From positions 24,800,001 to 24,864,000 of the forward strand of contig OZ024745.1 of NCBI GenBank assembly GCA_964016885.1: a stretch of DNA of 64,000 bases, written 5' to 3'. This document shows, piece by piece, positions 43,710-58,698 of this stretch. The translations under genes and the position numbers were made by a program. The notes below the pieces were generated by a model. The model was not told the DNA's origin. It did no database searches and saw nothing but the letters and a program-made list of their open reading frames with translations. Position 1 is the stretch's first letter. Every line of letters starts with the position of its first letter. Source of the DNA: Eledone cirrhosa (Eukaryota).

Positions 43710-44580
43710 TGTTAGTAGTAGTGTTAGTAGTAGTGGTGGTAGTGGTAATAGTGGTGGTAGTAGTAGTAGTAGTTGTGGTAGTGGAGGTGGTAGTAGTTGC
43801 GTGGTGGTGGTAGTGGTGGTGGTGGTGGTAGTGGAGGTAGTGGTGGTGGTAGTAGAGGTGGTAGTGGTAGTAGTGGTGGTAGTACTGGTGGTGGTTGTAG
43901 TGGTGGTGGTAGTTGTTGTGGTGGTGGTGGTAGTAGTAGTGGTGGTAGTAGTTGTGGTGGTGGTAGTAGAGGTGGTAGCTTTTACAGTTTCTCTGTTTGT
44001 TGTCCTCGACGCCATTGTTTATTGTTGTTTGTTTACAATTATTGTTATTTTACATCCTCTCCTTGCTGTTATTGCGTTATTTGTTGTTTGTTGATGTTGT
44101 TTTGTGTTCTTGGTCTTAATTCTTTTGCTGCAGTGGTGGTGGTGGTGGTGGTGGTGGTGGTGGTGGTGGTGGTGGTGGTGGTGATGGTGGTGGTGGTGGT
44201 AGTGGTGATGGTGTTAATAGGTGGCGGTAGTGGTAGTAGTGGTGATACTGGTGGTGGTGATAATGGTGGTGGTGTTAGTGGTGGCGGTGGTGGTGTGATG
44301 GTTGTGGTAGTGGTGGTAGTGATGGTAGTATGGTGGTGGTGGCGGGGGTGATGATAGTGGTGGTGTGATGGTTGTGGTAGTGGTGGTAGTGATGGTAGTA
44401 TGGTGGTGGTGGTGGTGGTGGTGGTGATGGTAGTGGTGGTGGTGGTGGTAGTGGTAGTGGTGGTGGTATTAGTGGTGGCGGTGGTGGTGATAGTGTTGAT
44501 GGTAGTGGTGGTAGTTGTGGTAGTGGGGTAGTTGTGGTAGTGTTGGTTGTCGTAGTGGTGCTGGTGCTGGTGGCGATAGT
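43710..44580. repeat. (GGT/AGT)n low-complexity tracts
   Basis: Direct reading. Confidence 0.9.
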
Positions 44581-44735
44581 GGAGGCCGTAGGAGCACCAT
44601 ATTGATATACACATTTTCCTGGGTATTTTAAGCCTGACGGAACCCATCTCAGGCCTGAACACAGGAGATTTCTTCCAGAGAGGGATAGAAAGTTAGGGAG
44701 AGGAAGTGAGAAATATATAGAGAGGAAGAATTGAC

Positions 44736-45107
44736 ACCAGTACTACACTGGTACTTTTTTATTGACCTTGAATGGATCAAAGGCAAAGTTGATCTCAGTG
44801 GGATTTGAACTCAGAGAGCAGACGGTCGAGACGAAAACCGCAAAGCATTTAATCCGACAGTCTAACGACCAGTAGTAGTAGTTAAGATAATTGTTTCTAC
44901 TGTAGGCACAAGGCCAGCAATTTGAATGGAAGGGAAAAGTCGACTAAATCGAACCAGTGCATTACTGGTACTTTATTTTATCGACCGTATAAGGATGAAA
45001 GGCAAAGCTAACCTCGGCGGGATTTGAACTCAGAACGTAAAGGGCCATAACTAAATACTGCAAAGCATTTTGTCCGATGCTCAACCGATTTTGTCAATGC
45101 ACCACCC
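44736..45107 (-). mobile_element. Two adjacent SINEs (diverged 44736-44869; long subfamily 44887-45107)
   Basis: Two GGGATTTGAACTCAG B boxes with cores. Confidence 0.85.
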
Positions 45108-45349
45108 TTGTAGTGGTAGTAATAATAACAGCAACAACAACCACAACATTACTCATATCAGTAATTGTAAGAAAGAATGGTTTCAACTCTCAGTGTTCCA
45201 ACTGTTCAATAAACAGATTTATCTTCCTGCGAAGTGAACGTGTAAAGGGTCTGACCATTCCATAGGCACGTGTACCTTTACCGTAATTCCCTAATTCACA
45301 TCGTGACAGTGTGTAATAGAGCTGGCCCTTTGAATTTACACGTACACTC

Positions 45350-45505
45350 CATCAGATGGGCTTCCAATCAGTCTCAGTCGCCTAGTTTCAATCACAAGGT
45401 AGAGGTCAACCCGAGGCTATGGTAAATGATACTTGCCCAAGATGTCATAGAGTGGGATTGAACCCGAAACTTAATTATTGCTAGGCAAGCCCCTTAACTA
45501 TTTGG
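45350..45505 (-). mobile_element. Second tRNA-SINE family, decayed
   Basis: Minus strand GGTTCAATCCCACT B box followed by CTTGGGCAAGT. Confidence 0.55.
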
Positions 45506-45619
45506 CCATACTGTGTTCACTGGCAATAATAAGGACAGTGACAACAACAGTGGTAACAACAGTAACACATGGAAGTGGTGTGATGTAGGGGTGGGATGAT
45601 GGGGGGGTATGTGAGATGG

Positions 45620-46345
45620 GTCGTGGTGGTGGTGGTGGTAGTATGTGGGAGGGTTGTGGTGGTGGTGGTTGTTGTGGTGGTGGTAGTGGTAGTGATGGTG
45701 GTGGTGGTGGTGGTATGTGGGAGGGTAGTGGTGGTGGTGGTGGTGGTGGTGGTGGTGGTATGTGGGAGGGTAGTGGTGGTGGTGGTGGTGGTATGTGGGA
45801 GGGTAGTGGTGGTGGTGGTGGTGGTATGTGGGAGGGTAGTGGTGGTGGTGGTGGTGGTATGCGGGAGGGTAGTGGTGGTGGTGGTGGTGGTATGTGGGAG
45901 GGTAGTGGTGGTGGTGGTGGTGGTATGTGGGAGGGTAGTGGTGGTGGTGGTGGTGGTATGTGGGAGGGTAGTGGTGGTGGTGGTGGTGGTATGTGGGAGG
46001 GTAGTGGTGGTGGTGGTGGTGGTATGTGGGAGGGTAGTGGTGGTGGTGGTGGTGGTATGTGGGAGGGTAGTGGTGGTGGTGGTGGTGGTGGTGGTGGTAT
46101 GTGGGAGGGTAGTGGTGGTGGTGGTTGTGGTGGTGGTAGTGGTAGTGATGGTGGTGGTGGTGGTGGTATGTGGGAGGGTAGTGGTGGTGGTGGTGGTGGT
46201 GGTATGTGGGAGGGTAGTGGTGGTGGTGGTGGTGGTGGTATGTGGGAGGGTAGTGGTGGTGGTGGTGGTGGTGGTGGTGGTAGTGGTATGTGGGAGGGTG
46301 GTGGTGGTGGTAGTGATGGTGGTGGTGGTGGTGGTGGTAGTATGG
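45620..46345. repeat. About 30-bp G-rich minisatellite ATGTGGGAGGGTAGT(GGT)n
   Basis: About 20 units. Confidence 0.93.
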
Positions 46346-46559
46346 TGAAGAGAGACGTTTCTACTAATAACAAAAACAGTCGTTTCTACTACTAATAATT
46401 ATAAATCAACTATTATTGTTGCTGTTGTAGTTGTTGTTGTTGTTGTTATTGTTGTTGTTATTGTTGTTGTTGTTGTTTTATGTAATTATTTTGTTTTGTT
46501 TTTTGGTTATTCTGAATATTGATGTTGTTACCACATTAACAGCTACAACAACAAAAACA

Positions 46560-46759
46560 AATACTACTACTACTACTACTACTGCTGCTGCTACTACTGC
46601 TACCACCTCTATTACAACTATTACTACTACTACTACTGCTACTACTATTACTACTACTACTACTACTACTCTACTATTAATATTACCACTACTACTACCA
46701 CCTCTACTATTACTACTACTGCTCTACTATTACTACTACCACTACTACTACTACCACCT

Positions 46760-46790
<31 letters not shown>

Positions 46791-46865
46791 TACTACTACT
46801 ACTACTATTACTACTACTACTGCTACTACTACTACTGCTGCTACTACTACTACTACTACTACTAT

Positions 46866-46899
<34 letters not shown>

Positions 46900-46936
46900 G
46901 CTACTACTACTACTACTATTACTACTATAACTACTG

Positions 46937-46968
<32 letters not shown>

Positions 46969-46969
46969 G

Positions 46970-47015
<46 letters not shown>
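46560..47015. repeat. (CTA)n grading into (CTG)n
   Basis: Direct reading. Confidence 0.92.
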
Positions 47016-47019
<4 letters not shown>

Positions 47020-47322
47020 CCTGTTTCTGCTACTAATAATAACAATAATATTATAGTACTACAACTAATAACAATAATATTATTATCATTATTAATATTA
47101 TTATTTTACCACTACTACTGTTGCTACTACCACTACTATTACTACTACCACTGCTGTTGTTGATGGTGCTGCTGATGATGCTGTTTATGATGATGGTGCT
47201 GCTGCTTAAAATCGACCGCCACTACAATAATTAGAAGAAATCATGCATAATTTCGCGCTGCTGTCAACGGTGTCTGTAATGATGGCGTTTGTAATTGAAA
47301 TAGTGTGTCCAACTCAAGTGTG

Positions 47323-48980
47323 CACCACCCATCACGTCACACCATACTACACCACACCACACCACACCACGTCACACCACGCCACACCACACCACACCAC
47401 GCCACACCACACCACACCACGCCACGCCACACCACACCACACCACGTCACACCACACCACACCACGTCACACCACACCACACCACACCACACCACACCAC
47501 ACCACACCACACCACGTCACACCACGCCACGCCACGCCACACCACGCCACACCACACCACACCACGCCACGCCATACCACACCACACCACACCACGTCAC
47601 ACCACACCACACCACACCACGCCACACCACACCACGCCACGCCACACCACACCATACTACACCACACCACACCACACCACACCACACCACACCACACCAC
47701 ACCACACCACGTCACACCACACCACACCACACCACGCCACGCCACACCACACCATACTACACCACACCACGCCACACCACACCACACCACACCACACCAC
47801 GCCACACCACGCCACACCACAGCATACTACACCACACCACACCACACTACAACACACCACACCACACCACACCACGCCACGCCACACCACACCACACCAC
47901 ACCACACCACGCCACACCACACCATACTACACCACACCACGCCACACCACGCCACACCACACCACGTCACACCACACCTCACCACACCACACCACACCAC
48001 ACCACACCACACCACGCCACGCCACACCACGCCACACCACACCACACCACACCACGTCACACCACACCTCACCACACCCCGCCACACCATCACCACACCA
48101 CACTACACCACGCCACACCACGTCACGCCACACCACGCCACACCACACCACAGCACGCCACACCAGACCACGCCACACCACGCCACACCATCACCACACC
48201 ACACTACACCACGCCACACCATCACCACACCATCACCACACCGCACCACACCACACCGCGCCACACCACACCACACCACACCACACCATCACCACACCAC
48301 GCCACACCATCCCACCACACCACACCACGCCACGCCACACCATCAACACACTACACCACGCCACATCACACCACACCATCACCACACCACGCCACATCAC
48401 ACCACACCACACCATTACCACGCCACATCACACCACACCACGCCACACCATCACCACTACACCACCACTACACCACACCACGCCACACCACACCATCACC
48501 ACACCACACCATGCCACGCCACACCACACTACCTCACACCACGCCACACTACACCACACCACACCATCACCACACCATCACCACACCATCACCACACCAT
48601 CACCACACCATCACCACACCATCACCACACCACGCCAGACCACGCCATGCTACGCCACACCTCATCACACCACACCACACCACGCCACACCACACCACGT
48701 GCTATGCCAAACCACCGCATCACACCTAACCATTACACGCAACATTTCATGTAGCAGAACATCGCTCGCTACACTATATTTTGTCACATACATCATACCA
48801 TAACCACAACCACAACCATCTATATCACACCACACCATACCATACCATATAACTGCACACTACACAACACTGCACCACAATACATCACACCAAATCACAC
48901 CATTCCCCTTTATATTGCATCAACACTACCACTTCACCCAATCACAACACTTCACACCACACTACACTAAACCACACCAC
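47323..48980. repeat. Degenerate (CACAC)n pentanucleotide array
   Basis: Source of the HHTTP ORFs. Confidence 0.92.
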
Positions 48981-49090
48981 ATTTTATTACACATTACCTA
49001 TACGTAGTCGTTCGACCTGCTAGAAATACCATCCAAAATTCTCCTCAATTCGTATTTTACCATTTTATAAAAGGAAGATTGTATTTCATT

Positions 49091-49181
49091 TTTGCCTTTC
49101 ATCCTTACGGGGTCGATAAAATAAAGTACCAGTAATACACTGGGTTATTGCTGGCCTTGTGCCAAAAGTAGAAACAATTAT
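49091..49181 (+). mobile_element. SINE 3' half
   Basis: Core and tail only. Confidence 0.85.
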
Positions 49182-49792
49182 GTAGTCCTAGATACAATGT
49201 TTGAATATAAGATGAGTTGGTCATTGCTAAATCACTTTGATCTTAGATCTGCTTGATAAGAGTTGAGCTGGGTTTAAAGGGAGTCACTGCAAGATCGTTC
49301 TAAGATTAATGAGATAAAAGGAGGAATTGACGCCCAGACCGGAAAAGAGATCCAAATGTTTGTCAAAGAGTTGGTTCCTAAAGAAGGCGCCCAATGTTTA
49401 AAGTCACCTTATGTTTACCTCCCAAATATAGGGGCAATGCCTCCGATAGCATTCCACACTCCCCATCTTCGAAATTCCACTCACAAAGTTTTGATCAATC
49501 GGAAACTATGGTAGAGGACGCTTACATTTTAGCTAGACCAAACCACAAACCACATAGTTATGAAGGGAAATTCTTAAGCGCTCATCCATACATGATCAGT
49601 CGGCAAGGTTTACAATTTTCAGATTTTATTCTGAATATATAAGTTACATTAATCCGAGAGCTTCTTCTGTCAAAAACATCTGGACAGATGCCACAGCCAA
49701 GATTTTGAGGTCGCCATGAAGGCGACGGAAAATAGTGTGCGAAATTTAAGAATCAGAAAGGCCATTATTATCAACCGGAAAAAACACACAAA

Positions 49793-49948
49793 TAAATAAT
49801 TGTTTCTACTTTTGGCACAAGGCCAGCAATTACCCAGTGTATTACTGGTACTTTATTTTATCGACCCCGTAAGGATGAAAGGCAAAGTTAAAGGTACATA
49901 ACTCTATGCTGGAAAGCATGGTGTGCGACCCTCTACCGATACTGCCAA
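49793..49948 (-). mobile_element. SINE with B box deleted
   Basis: Tail, core and A box are present; the B-box segment is missing. Confidence 0.85.
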
Positions 49949-50327
49949 GATCGGAAATGCACGAGGCAGACTGGTTACTATAACGATTTCACGCGTGCAT
50001 ATTACGGACACGGGGGCCAGTTAAGGAAGAACCCACCGATCGATTTGTTTAGAACTGTTTCAGCTCTACATTTGAAAAAAAAGGTTCCAACCCTGAAATA
50101 TTATGCTGAAATATATTGGGTAACAACATAACTTTGTTTCGTTTTATTTGTCATCCTTTGCCCTTTATATATTTCAAGCACATTATACAAGCTTTGTGAA
50201 AATAATCTGGGGATGGGGGGTTGTGTTTATCTTTTATTTTTGTTGTTGTGCTTTCCTCAATTTACGGTGTCTTGGGATTTGTTGGTAATGCGATTTTTAT
50301 CATTTATTATCAGTGTTACTTATCTTG

Positions 50328-50428
<101 letters not shown>

Positions 50429-50455
50429 ATGTGAGTATGTGGGTGGAAGTGTGGG

Positions 50456-51790
50456 TAAATTAGTTTCTCTTTGTTAGATTTCTCTGTACTATATTACTCT
50501 TAAGCAAGCTAATGGTTGGCTAGAAACAAATCCGCTTGGATAATATCGACAAAAATTAGAATACACAGCAAACCCCTCAATTTTACATATTAAAGATAGC
50601 TTGGTGCAAGTAATTGGAATTTATGAAAAATTATACATAGAGGTATTAAATAAAAAAGATTTAACCATCCTAAATCTAAAAAGCCCAGCTGAGGGCACAA
50701 CTAAATTGTTATGGCCGTCGTTAGTGGGGCTCCCCATTGCAGGGGGCTCGGGACAATTGATCCCTTTGCCCCTCTTCATTAAATCCGACCCTACTTGTAT
50801 ATATAATAAACATCAGCCTACAAATTACAGCAGGAACGTGGATAATATATTCATTTGGAAAGACAGAGGAAAAGATTTGGAAAATATCTCTAGTGTCTCC
50901 AGTAACATCAACTTAAGATTCAGGTGACTCTAAAACTCCATTCTTCAATATGAACACCGGAATAAGAAATAACATCGTATGTTATATATAATCTCAGACA
51001 AATAGTCAGGCTTCATTTGATTCATATATGTTTTATTTCGTTTTGGGTTTCTTTTACTAGAAATTGTGTGTGGTTATATTTGTCGTTTAGTTGTTATGTA
51101 TTTTATTTAATTTGGCTTACTAACTAACGTTTGTTTTATCCAATTAATTTGCTTCTATATAAGGTTCTTCAGAATATGGATTTCAAAGCTGTTGTTTTAT
51201 ATTTATTTTTACAGTAATATCCTCATGCATGTATAAGTATTTATTTGTCTGAGATTATATATAACATACGATGTTATTTCTTATTCCGGTGTTCATATTG
51301 AAGAATGGAGTTTTAGAGTCACCTGAATCTTAAGTTGATGTTACTGGAGACACTAGAGATATTTTCCAAATCTTTTCCTCTGTCTTTCCAAATGAATATA
51401 TTATCCACGTTCCTGCTGTAATTTGTAGGCTGATGTTTATTATATATACAAGTAGGGTCGGATTTAATGAAGAGGGGCAAAGGGATCAATTGTCCCGAGC
51501 CCCCTGCAATGGGGAGCCCCACTAACGACGGCCATAGCAATTTAGTTGTGCCCTCAGCTGGGCTTTTTAGATTTAGGATGGTTAAATCTTTTTTATTTAA
51601 TACCTCTATGTATAATTTTTCATAAATTCCAATTACTTGCACCAAGCTATCTTTAATATGTAAAATTGAGGGGTTTGCTGTGTATTCTAATTTTTGTCGA
51701 TATTATCCAAGCGGATTTGTTTCTAGCCAACCATTAGCTTGCTTAAGAGTAATATAGTACAGAGAAATCTAACAAAGAGAAACTAATTTA
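50456..51790. repeat. About 549-bp near-identical inverted duplication containing a decayed PLE RT piece
   Basis: 50456-51004 versus 51242-51790; YSRNVDNIFIW resembles the PLE RYVDDIF motif. Confidence 0.9.
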
Positions 51791-52432
51791 TTGCAACAGA
51801 TCGATTGAAGTTTGAAAAATAAAGGGGTTTTCCCATGAAGATGAATACATATGGTATTCTAGAGGAAATAGAGCATTTTTTTCTTTTTTATGCACAGTTA
51901 AATATTAATTCTGAATAACATTTTGTATGTGTTCCGGAAAATTTGCTTTTGATATTTTAAATAGGAGGCATCAATGGAACGAGATAAGCACTTAAATAAA
52001 CGTAAGTCGTTTCCGCATACCTGATATTTTGTCTAGCTACAACGTGACCTTGATATATTAGCATTTTCATTCATTCTTATATTCAAAACTGTTCCTAACC
52101 AATTCTCTGTGTTCCTCTAAAACCAGGAAACAATGTGATTATCGAGGCGAAAACAAATTCATAGAATATAGATTAGTTTTGGCAATAGAAGTATTGGTGT
52201 GTGGCAGTCTAGTGTATTGTGAAGATTGACGGTTATATACATGAGAAAATTATGGACGTTTTTTGTTTTTTTCTATAACATGACTCAGTCTTATTTAGTA
52301 AGATTTGGTGTTAACTCAAATTAAACTATAGCTTCAAGTACACATATGTGTGTGTACGTATGTATGTATGCATATGTATGTGTGTATGTGTGTACGTATG
52401 TATGTTTGTATGTATGTATGCATGCATGTATG

Positions 52433-53040
52433 TCAGGTCACCAGTTGGTGCTACTGGTAACATGTATCCCAGTACAACCTGTCTCATGGTCGGGTCGTTG
52501 GCGACTAAACTGGCAACCCCACCGAGATTTATTGGTGAGGAGGGTGACTTTGGACATCCTGCAGGACTAAAAACAAAACCTGTCAAAGGGCAAAGAAGCT
52601 CTTAAGAGTCAATGGCCATCCAAAATCACCGGGAGAGATGACCCCTTAGCCTTTGTCAAGGCAGAATTCTAGGAGAAGGAAAACTCTGATATAACACCTG
52701 CAACCCTGATGGTATCCAATGATGTTGACTTGTTATTCTTTTTGGTAAATATCATCTTGGTTAAGAGAGTGGGACTGGCTTTGTGCAGTGCCTTTGCTCA
52801 CTATAAAAGCTTCACGGCACAGGCATTGCTTTATATCTGGATATCTCTCTGCACTTGTCGTTACATGGTACCATGGGCTCAGCACTATGTGTCAATAATT
52901 GTCACAAGTGTAGTGTTTGTACCAGAGTTTTCAAGTCGCTGGCTGGACTAAAAAGTCACACTCGTTTAGCCCATCGGTAGGGGTTCTCCTACATGGATAT
53001 AAAGTAGTGGCCGTACTCGAAAACGAGTTGGCAGCCACCA
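52433..53040 (+). mobile_element. Second copy of the about 610-bp (TGTA)n-tailed repeat
   Basis: Aligns end to end with 14253-14860. Confidence 0.85.
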
Positions 53041-53299
53041 TGTATGAATGTATGTGTATATATGTCTAGTTTTATTATTTTCACAGTGAGAGAATTGGTT
53101 TCTAACCTAGAAACAAGAATCTTTGACTGGAATTTAGACATCACCTAGGTAAATACGTATGTATGCCTCTGTGTGTGTATGTGTGTGTGTGTGTGTGGTG
53201 TGTGTGTGTGTGTGTGTGTTTAGTTATAGATACACGTGCATATGTTTCTGTCTCAAAACGTGTGTATATGTAGTTACATGCTGAAATGCTGAAATATTT

Positions 53300-53935
53300 T
53301 ACTTATTTTTACAATTCCACTAATGGAATGTACTTGCACCATCTAACTAACCGCTCTCAGCTCCTCAGGATTTGTACTGATGCAGTTAGTAACATATCCA
53401 AGAGCTCCAATGGTCACAGGTATACATCTAAAGGTATAGTCAGGATGGAGTGCCTGCAAGATTCCTCGATAGTTCAACATAAATGTTCTCCTTTTAACTA
53501 ATCTTTAGCATTATGTTGACATCTGTTGAGCAACTAATTTCCACTACTGTACATGCCTTCTTTTCTCTGTCCCATATCACTATGTCTGTTATGTTTGTAT
53601 TTTGTTGGGGGTTTTACTGGAACATTCCACCAGTACTCTTTCATATTATGTATGCATTCTCACACCACATTATTATAACTTTTTTTATTTTCATTCTCAG
53701 GACTATCCTTTGTACGGATCGCATTGTATAGTATTTTGACCATATCATGCTTCATGGGTAGATAGTATCGTGAGGACATCTTTAGACAGCTGCTTATAGT
53801 GTAGGTGACACCTTCAATGTATATTCCGGTGAGTCTGCATCTGTTGACACATCTAGGTGTTTTGCCTGCATCCCCATCTCTGTTGTGCAATGGGTATTTC
53901 GTTGTTATTTCCAGTTCTTGGATTGCAAAAGCATA
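53300..53935 (-). pseudogene. RLE-type LINE (R4/Dong-like) zinc knuckle and restriction-like endonuclease remnant
   Basis: CRL...EGVTYTISSC.KMSSRYY..KHDMV; EYWWN; VVEISC; IPVTIGALGY. Confidence 0.75.
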
Positions 53936-54193
53936 ATTTCGTCAAATTAACCATTGATTTTTATCAGTCTCTCACTAATTAGCTTTGGTAGCAAATTACT
54001 TGGAAATGACCAAGTTCCTGTCACGGTCGAAGAAGTCAATCATTGAGCTATACATAGCTTCGATAAGTCTCTTCTATACACCTACTTCCCACCCCGTTTC
54101 GTACTTTGATCGAAGTGTGTGTACATATATGTATATATGTGTGTGCTTGGTTATTTGTGTGTGCTTGGTTATTTGTGTGAGGGGTGTACGGTG

Positions 54194-54332
<139 letters not shown>

Positions 54333-54733
54333 ATCTATGTGTATGTAAACTCTTGAATGTACATGAAACGAGGGAAATAAATGTTTAGCGAGTATCTGAT
54401 CTTTTTACTTCTACAATACGAAAATATAAAACAAGAGCATGTTTGTGTTTATAGAAATATTAATATAGTACCTGTAAAGAGCGACGAAATTTATTTAAGT
54501 ATGGAATAAATTATGCAAATACAAATTTGGCATAAGTATTTATAGATAGATAACTCTGCAATGTACCATGTGACTTGACCAAAGGTAGAGAAATACTGGG
54601 GTGTATACGTTTAAGGATGACTTAAGCTTAAAAGATAGATTATTTGCATACGTCGAGTCCTTTAGCATATTACATCGGAGTTTGCCTACTGGAATGACCA
54701 GATCTACCCATTGATAAATCATACAACATAAAT

Positions 54734-54790
<57 letters not shown>

Positions 54791-56138
54791 GATATTAAAC
54801 AAATGGAAACTATATTTATAAAACCATATTTATTTCGTTATATATATTTCTGGGATATCATATTAAAAATATGGTATGCCTTCCTCAGACAAAATACAAT
54901 ACATAAGCTGTTTTATAAATAATTTTGACGTACCTTATAATAATGCAACTTGCATTTAAAAAGTTGATTTGGTAGTGAAACTGTTATGACAGTTATATAG
55001 AAAGAAAAACGAAGATGAGAAAAAGAAGATGAAGAGATGTATATAAATAAAAAAGAAGATGAAGAGATGTATGTAAAGAAAAACAACAGAGCGAGATAGA
55101 GAGAGAAGGAGATATGGGAGAGAGAAATACATTGAGGAAGTGAAAAAATATAGTAGGCAGCTTTTGGACAGATGATCATCGTATATGTGAGAAGTTAAGG
55201 AGGGAAGGGATACAGTTAAACTAGCCGACACATAAATCACGTCCAGTGTAGAGGAGAAAAAGAAAGATGATATATTTAAAATATATTAAAAATATATTAT
55301 GTCTCATCCATTTGAATTATCAATTTTTATGAATTAGGTATTATAATGTAAATATCAGTATTCATGAATGAGACACATATCCATAATGTGTGAAAAAATG
55401 ACCACATGCTTAGTTTAAAAATTCTTAGGTCTATAAGCAAAATCTGAGATAAAACTTCAAACATAAGTATATATGCATTCTCATGAAAAAGGAAAAAGAG
55501 AAAAGAGAAGGTTATCTCAAATTCAAGTTGATAATTATAGACACACATGTGAACTTACGTGATATGCTCCACAGATTCTTATATTTCATGAAAATCTTCA
55601 TTGCGTTACAAAAGATTCCACCCTACACATATTTACATACATATATACATATATATAGACATAAAATATATAAGATATACATTAACATTTAAAGTAACAT
55701 TCCTGCCTCACTTGCATGATTATCGATCAAGCATAGAATAGACAACAGATATCAATATTAAAAATTAAAAACGCCAAGAATATCTTCGTCACTCCACAGA
55801 GTATCTAGGGACGCAAGAGAACATAGTATGCCACGCATATCAGTCACATAAAATCAGAATCAAAAGCAAACAAAACCAAAATTGTTCACCAAGCCTTATT
55901 TAGCAGAAATCATTCAAAACTTATTCTACAAATGCTCTTATATTTATTATAGAAGTTTATCCAGCTTAAAAATTTATTCAAAAGATTGGGAACATCGCCA
56001 ATTTTAGGGTAGTTTATTTAATCTCATTAATTATATATTCATGCAGAAAGGTTTTTAAAAAAATTGAAGGAATCGAAAGATTTATCGCCAAGTTTCATAA
56101 ATAGTTAAATATCTTAAGTAAATATACTACATTTTATA

Positions 56139-56562
56139 CTACATTTTAAATTTATATTTATATTTAAAAGTTGAGTTCAATCTATGTCTGCAGCAGCTGA
56201 ATAAATTGGTTCGTAAATTAAGGGAATTTTTAGATTTTAGTATAAAGAATATCTCCTCCGCGCAGAGGTCACATGTCTCAGAAGAGGAATTAAAAGGAAT
56301 CCCTTTTGAGACTATATTCCAAACCATCGAATATCCAACTTTATCATGTTTAAGTTGCCAGAGTAAGCCTGACAGCGATGTTGAAGATTTTTTATTTGGA
56401 TCCGTGAAAGAATTTTTGTGATTATTATAGCGAAGTTTAAATTCTGTCGAGGTGGAACCAACATAATTAAAAGAATTTAAATCAGTTTTAACATTACAGT
56501 TGTATATTATATTTTTAACTAAGCAATTGTTATTTAGCGGACATTTAGATCTATCTCTACAG
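56139..56562 (-). pseudogene. PLE GIY-YIG endonuclease domain (open but 5'-truncated)
   Basis: CRDRSKCPLNNNCLVKNIIYNC..NYVGSTSTEFKLRYNNH..WNIV..CDLCAEE..CRH. Confidence 0.9.
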
Positions 56563-56632
56563 CAACTTTTTAAATGCAAGTTGCATTATTATAAGGTATG
56601 TCAAAATTATTTATAAAACAGCTTATGTATTG

Positions 56633-56698
56633 TATTTTGTCTGAGGAAGGCATACCATATTTTTAATATGATATCCCAGAAATATATATAACGAAATA
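56633..56698 (+). ncRNA. Type I hammerhead (mirror copy 54831-54896, - strand)
   Basis: TATTTTGT-CTGAGGA-AGG..CATAT/ATATG..CCCA-GAAA-TATATA-TA^ACGAAATA. Confidence 0.75.
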
Positions 56699-56826
56699 AA
56701 TATGGTTTTATGAATATAGTTTCCATTTGTTTAATATCGTAAACCTACTCCAGAAACTGTTGAGTGCTTTTATATCAGTTATAAAATATTTACTCGTTGT
56801 AACCCAACAATTTTAAATAAAACTTT

Positions 56827-56867
<41 letters not shown>

Positions 56868-57449
56868 ATAGTTGGGGGGGGGGGGTCATACCTTTATTGT
56901 ATATAAACATAGATTATATGCTTTCATATATAAGCCTATTACGCTTAACACTGTCTTATTGCTACTGCTAATTAAATATATATATAGGTAGGTATAGGTA
57001 GGTATGAAAGATAGTTCTTAACTTTGGTGAAGTAATAGGGGTGGATTAAAGCTGACGGATCCCATTCCTCTCCAAGTGGAAACACAGTTGATTTCTTTGA
57101 GTAAGAGAGGGAGGAGGAAAACGTTGACCATAGTACTGGACTGGTACTTTATTTGTCGACCATGAAAAGATGAAACAATTTATACAAATAAATATATACG
57201 CATCATAAACATCAATGCACCGAATATTAATAAATATACAATAAAAATATAAATATATAAATAATACACAATAAATAGATGAAAAAGATAAATAGATCTA
57301 ACATTAGTAGCGCAATAATGACAACGATCATGTGTGTGTCCCGGGATCAGATATATTATATATGATGGCTGCCCCCTCGTTATCGAGTATGGCCATTGCA
57401 CGATATACCATTATTAATAATTATTAATTAATTCTATCGTGCAATGCCT

Positions 57450-58101
<652 letters not shown>

Positions 58102-58157
58102 ATGTGTATATTATGAAGTGCTGTTGGCTTTTCGCTGCAGTGTTTTCTATACCTTTC

Positions 58158-58235
<78 letters not shown>

Positions 58236-58382
58236 AGGAGTTGACGGACCCAGCATATTTATCAATGCCAGGACCGGTTGTATCTCAGCGTACTCAATGG
58301 GTAATGTAGGATACATTCCCAGAGTATACACATAGTTATTTGCTTCAACACAGCACACGTAAAACGGGTGCCTACAATGGTT

Positions 58383-58491
58383 CCAGCACTCGAGTTTCGG
58401 CCACACTTAATGCAGCAGTAAGGTGCACTACACCCTCTGTCTGCATGTTATGCAACAATGCATAATCGGCGCATGTGGCTTCATCAGCGGG
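58383..58491 (-). ncRNA. Degenerate type I hammerhead (G at the cleavage position)
   Basis: CTGATGA-A-GCCACAT...GTGTGGC-C-GAAA-CTCGAG-TG; violates the NUH rule, probably inactive. Confidence 0.55.
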
Positions 58492-58698
58492 TATCGCCTA
58501 ATCAATAACCAATCGATCGACAGAATCCAAACCACAGCACATACCGGTCATGACTGTTTGTGACAGCCGACTGTTTGTGAATCCGATACAATTCTGTCCC
58601 TCGACTAGCCACCGATTTACAAACTTTACGTGGTGGCGGGGAGAATAGAAAACAAATCTTCGAACGAATAAACTGACATACATATATAACCATATGGA

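Larger units (their letters stand above)
54790..56739 (-). mobile_element. 5'-truncated PLE with inverted pseudo-LTR
   Basis: 54790-54966 is the reverse complement of 56563-56739; GIY-YIG ORF between; ends in (TA)n. Confidence 0.9.

Noticed and set aside
45498-48754. Pro-, Gly- and His-rich ORFs (extensin- or shell-protein-like)
   Set aside because: Translations of GGT and CACAC repeats, open in several frames and on both strands.
50601-51645. Duplicated 108-aa gene pair
   Set aside because: TTG-started chimeric ORF across TE debris; identical only because of the inverted duplication.
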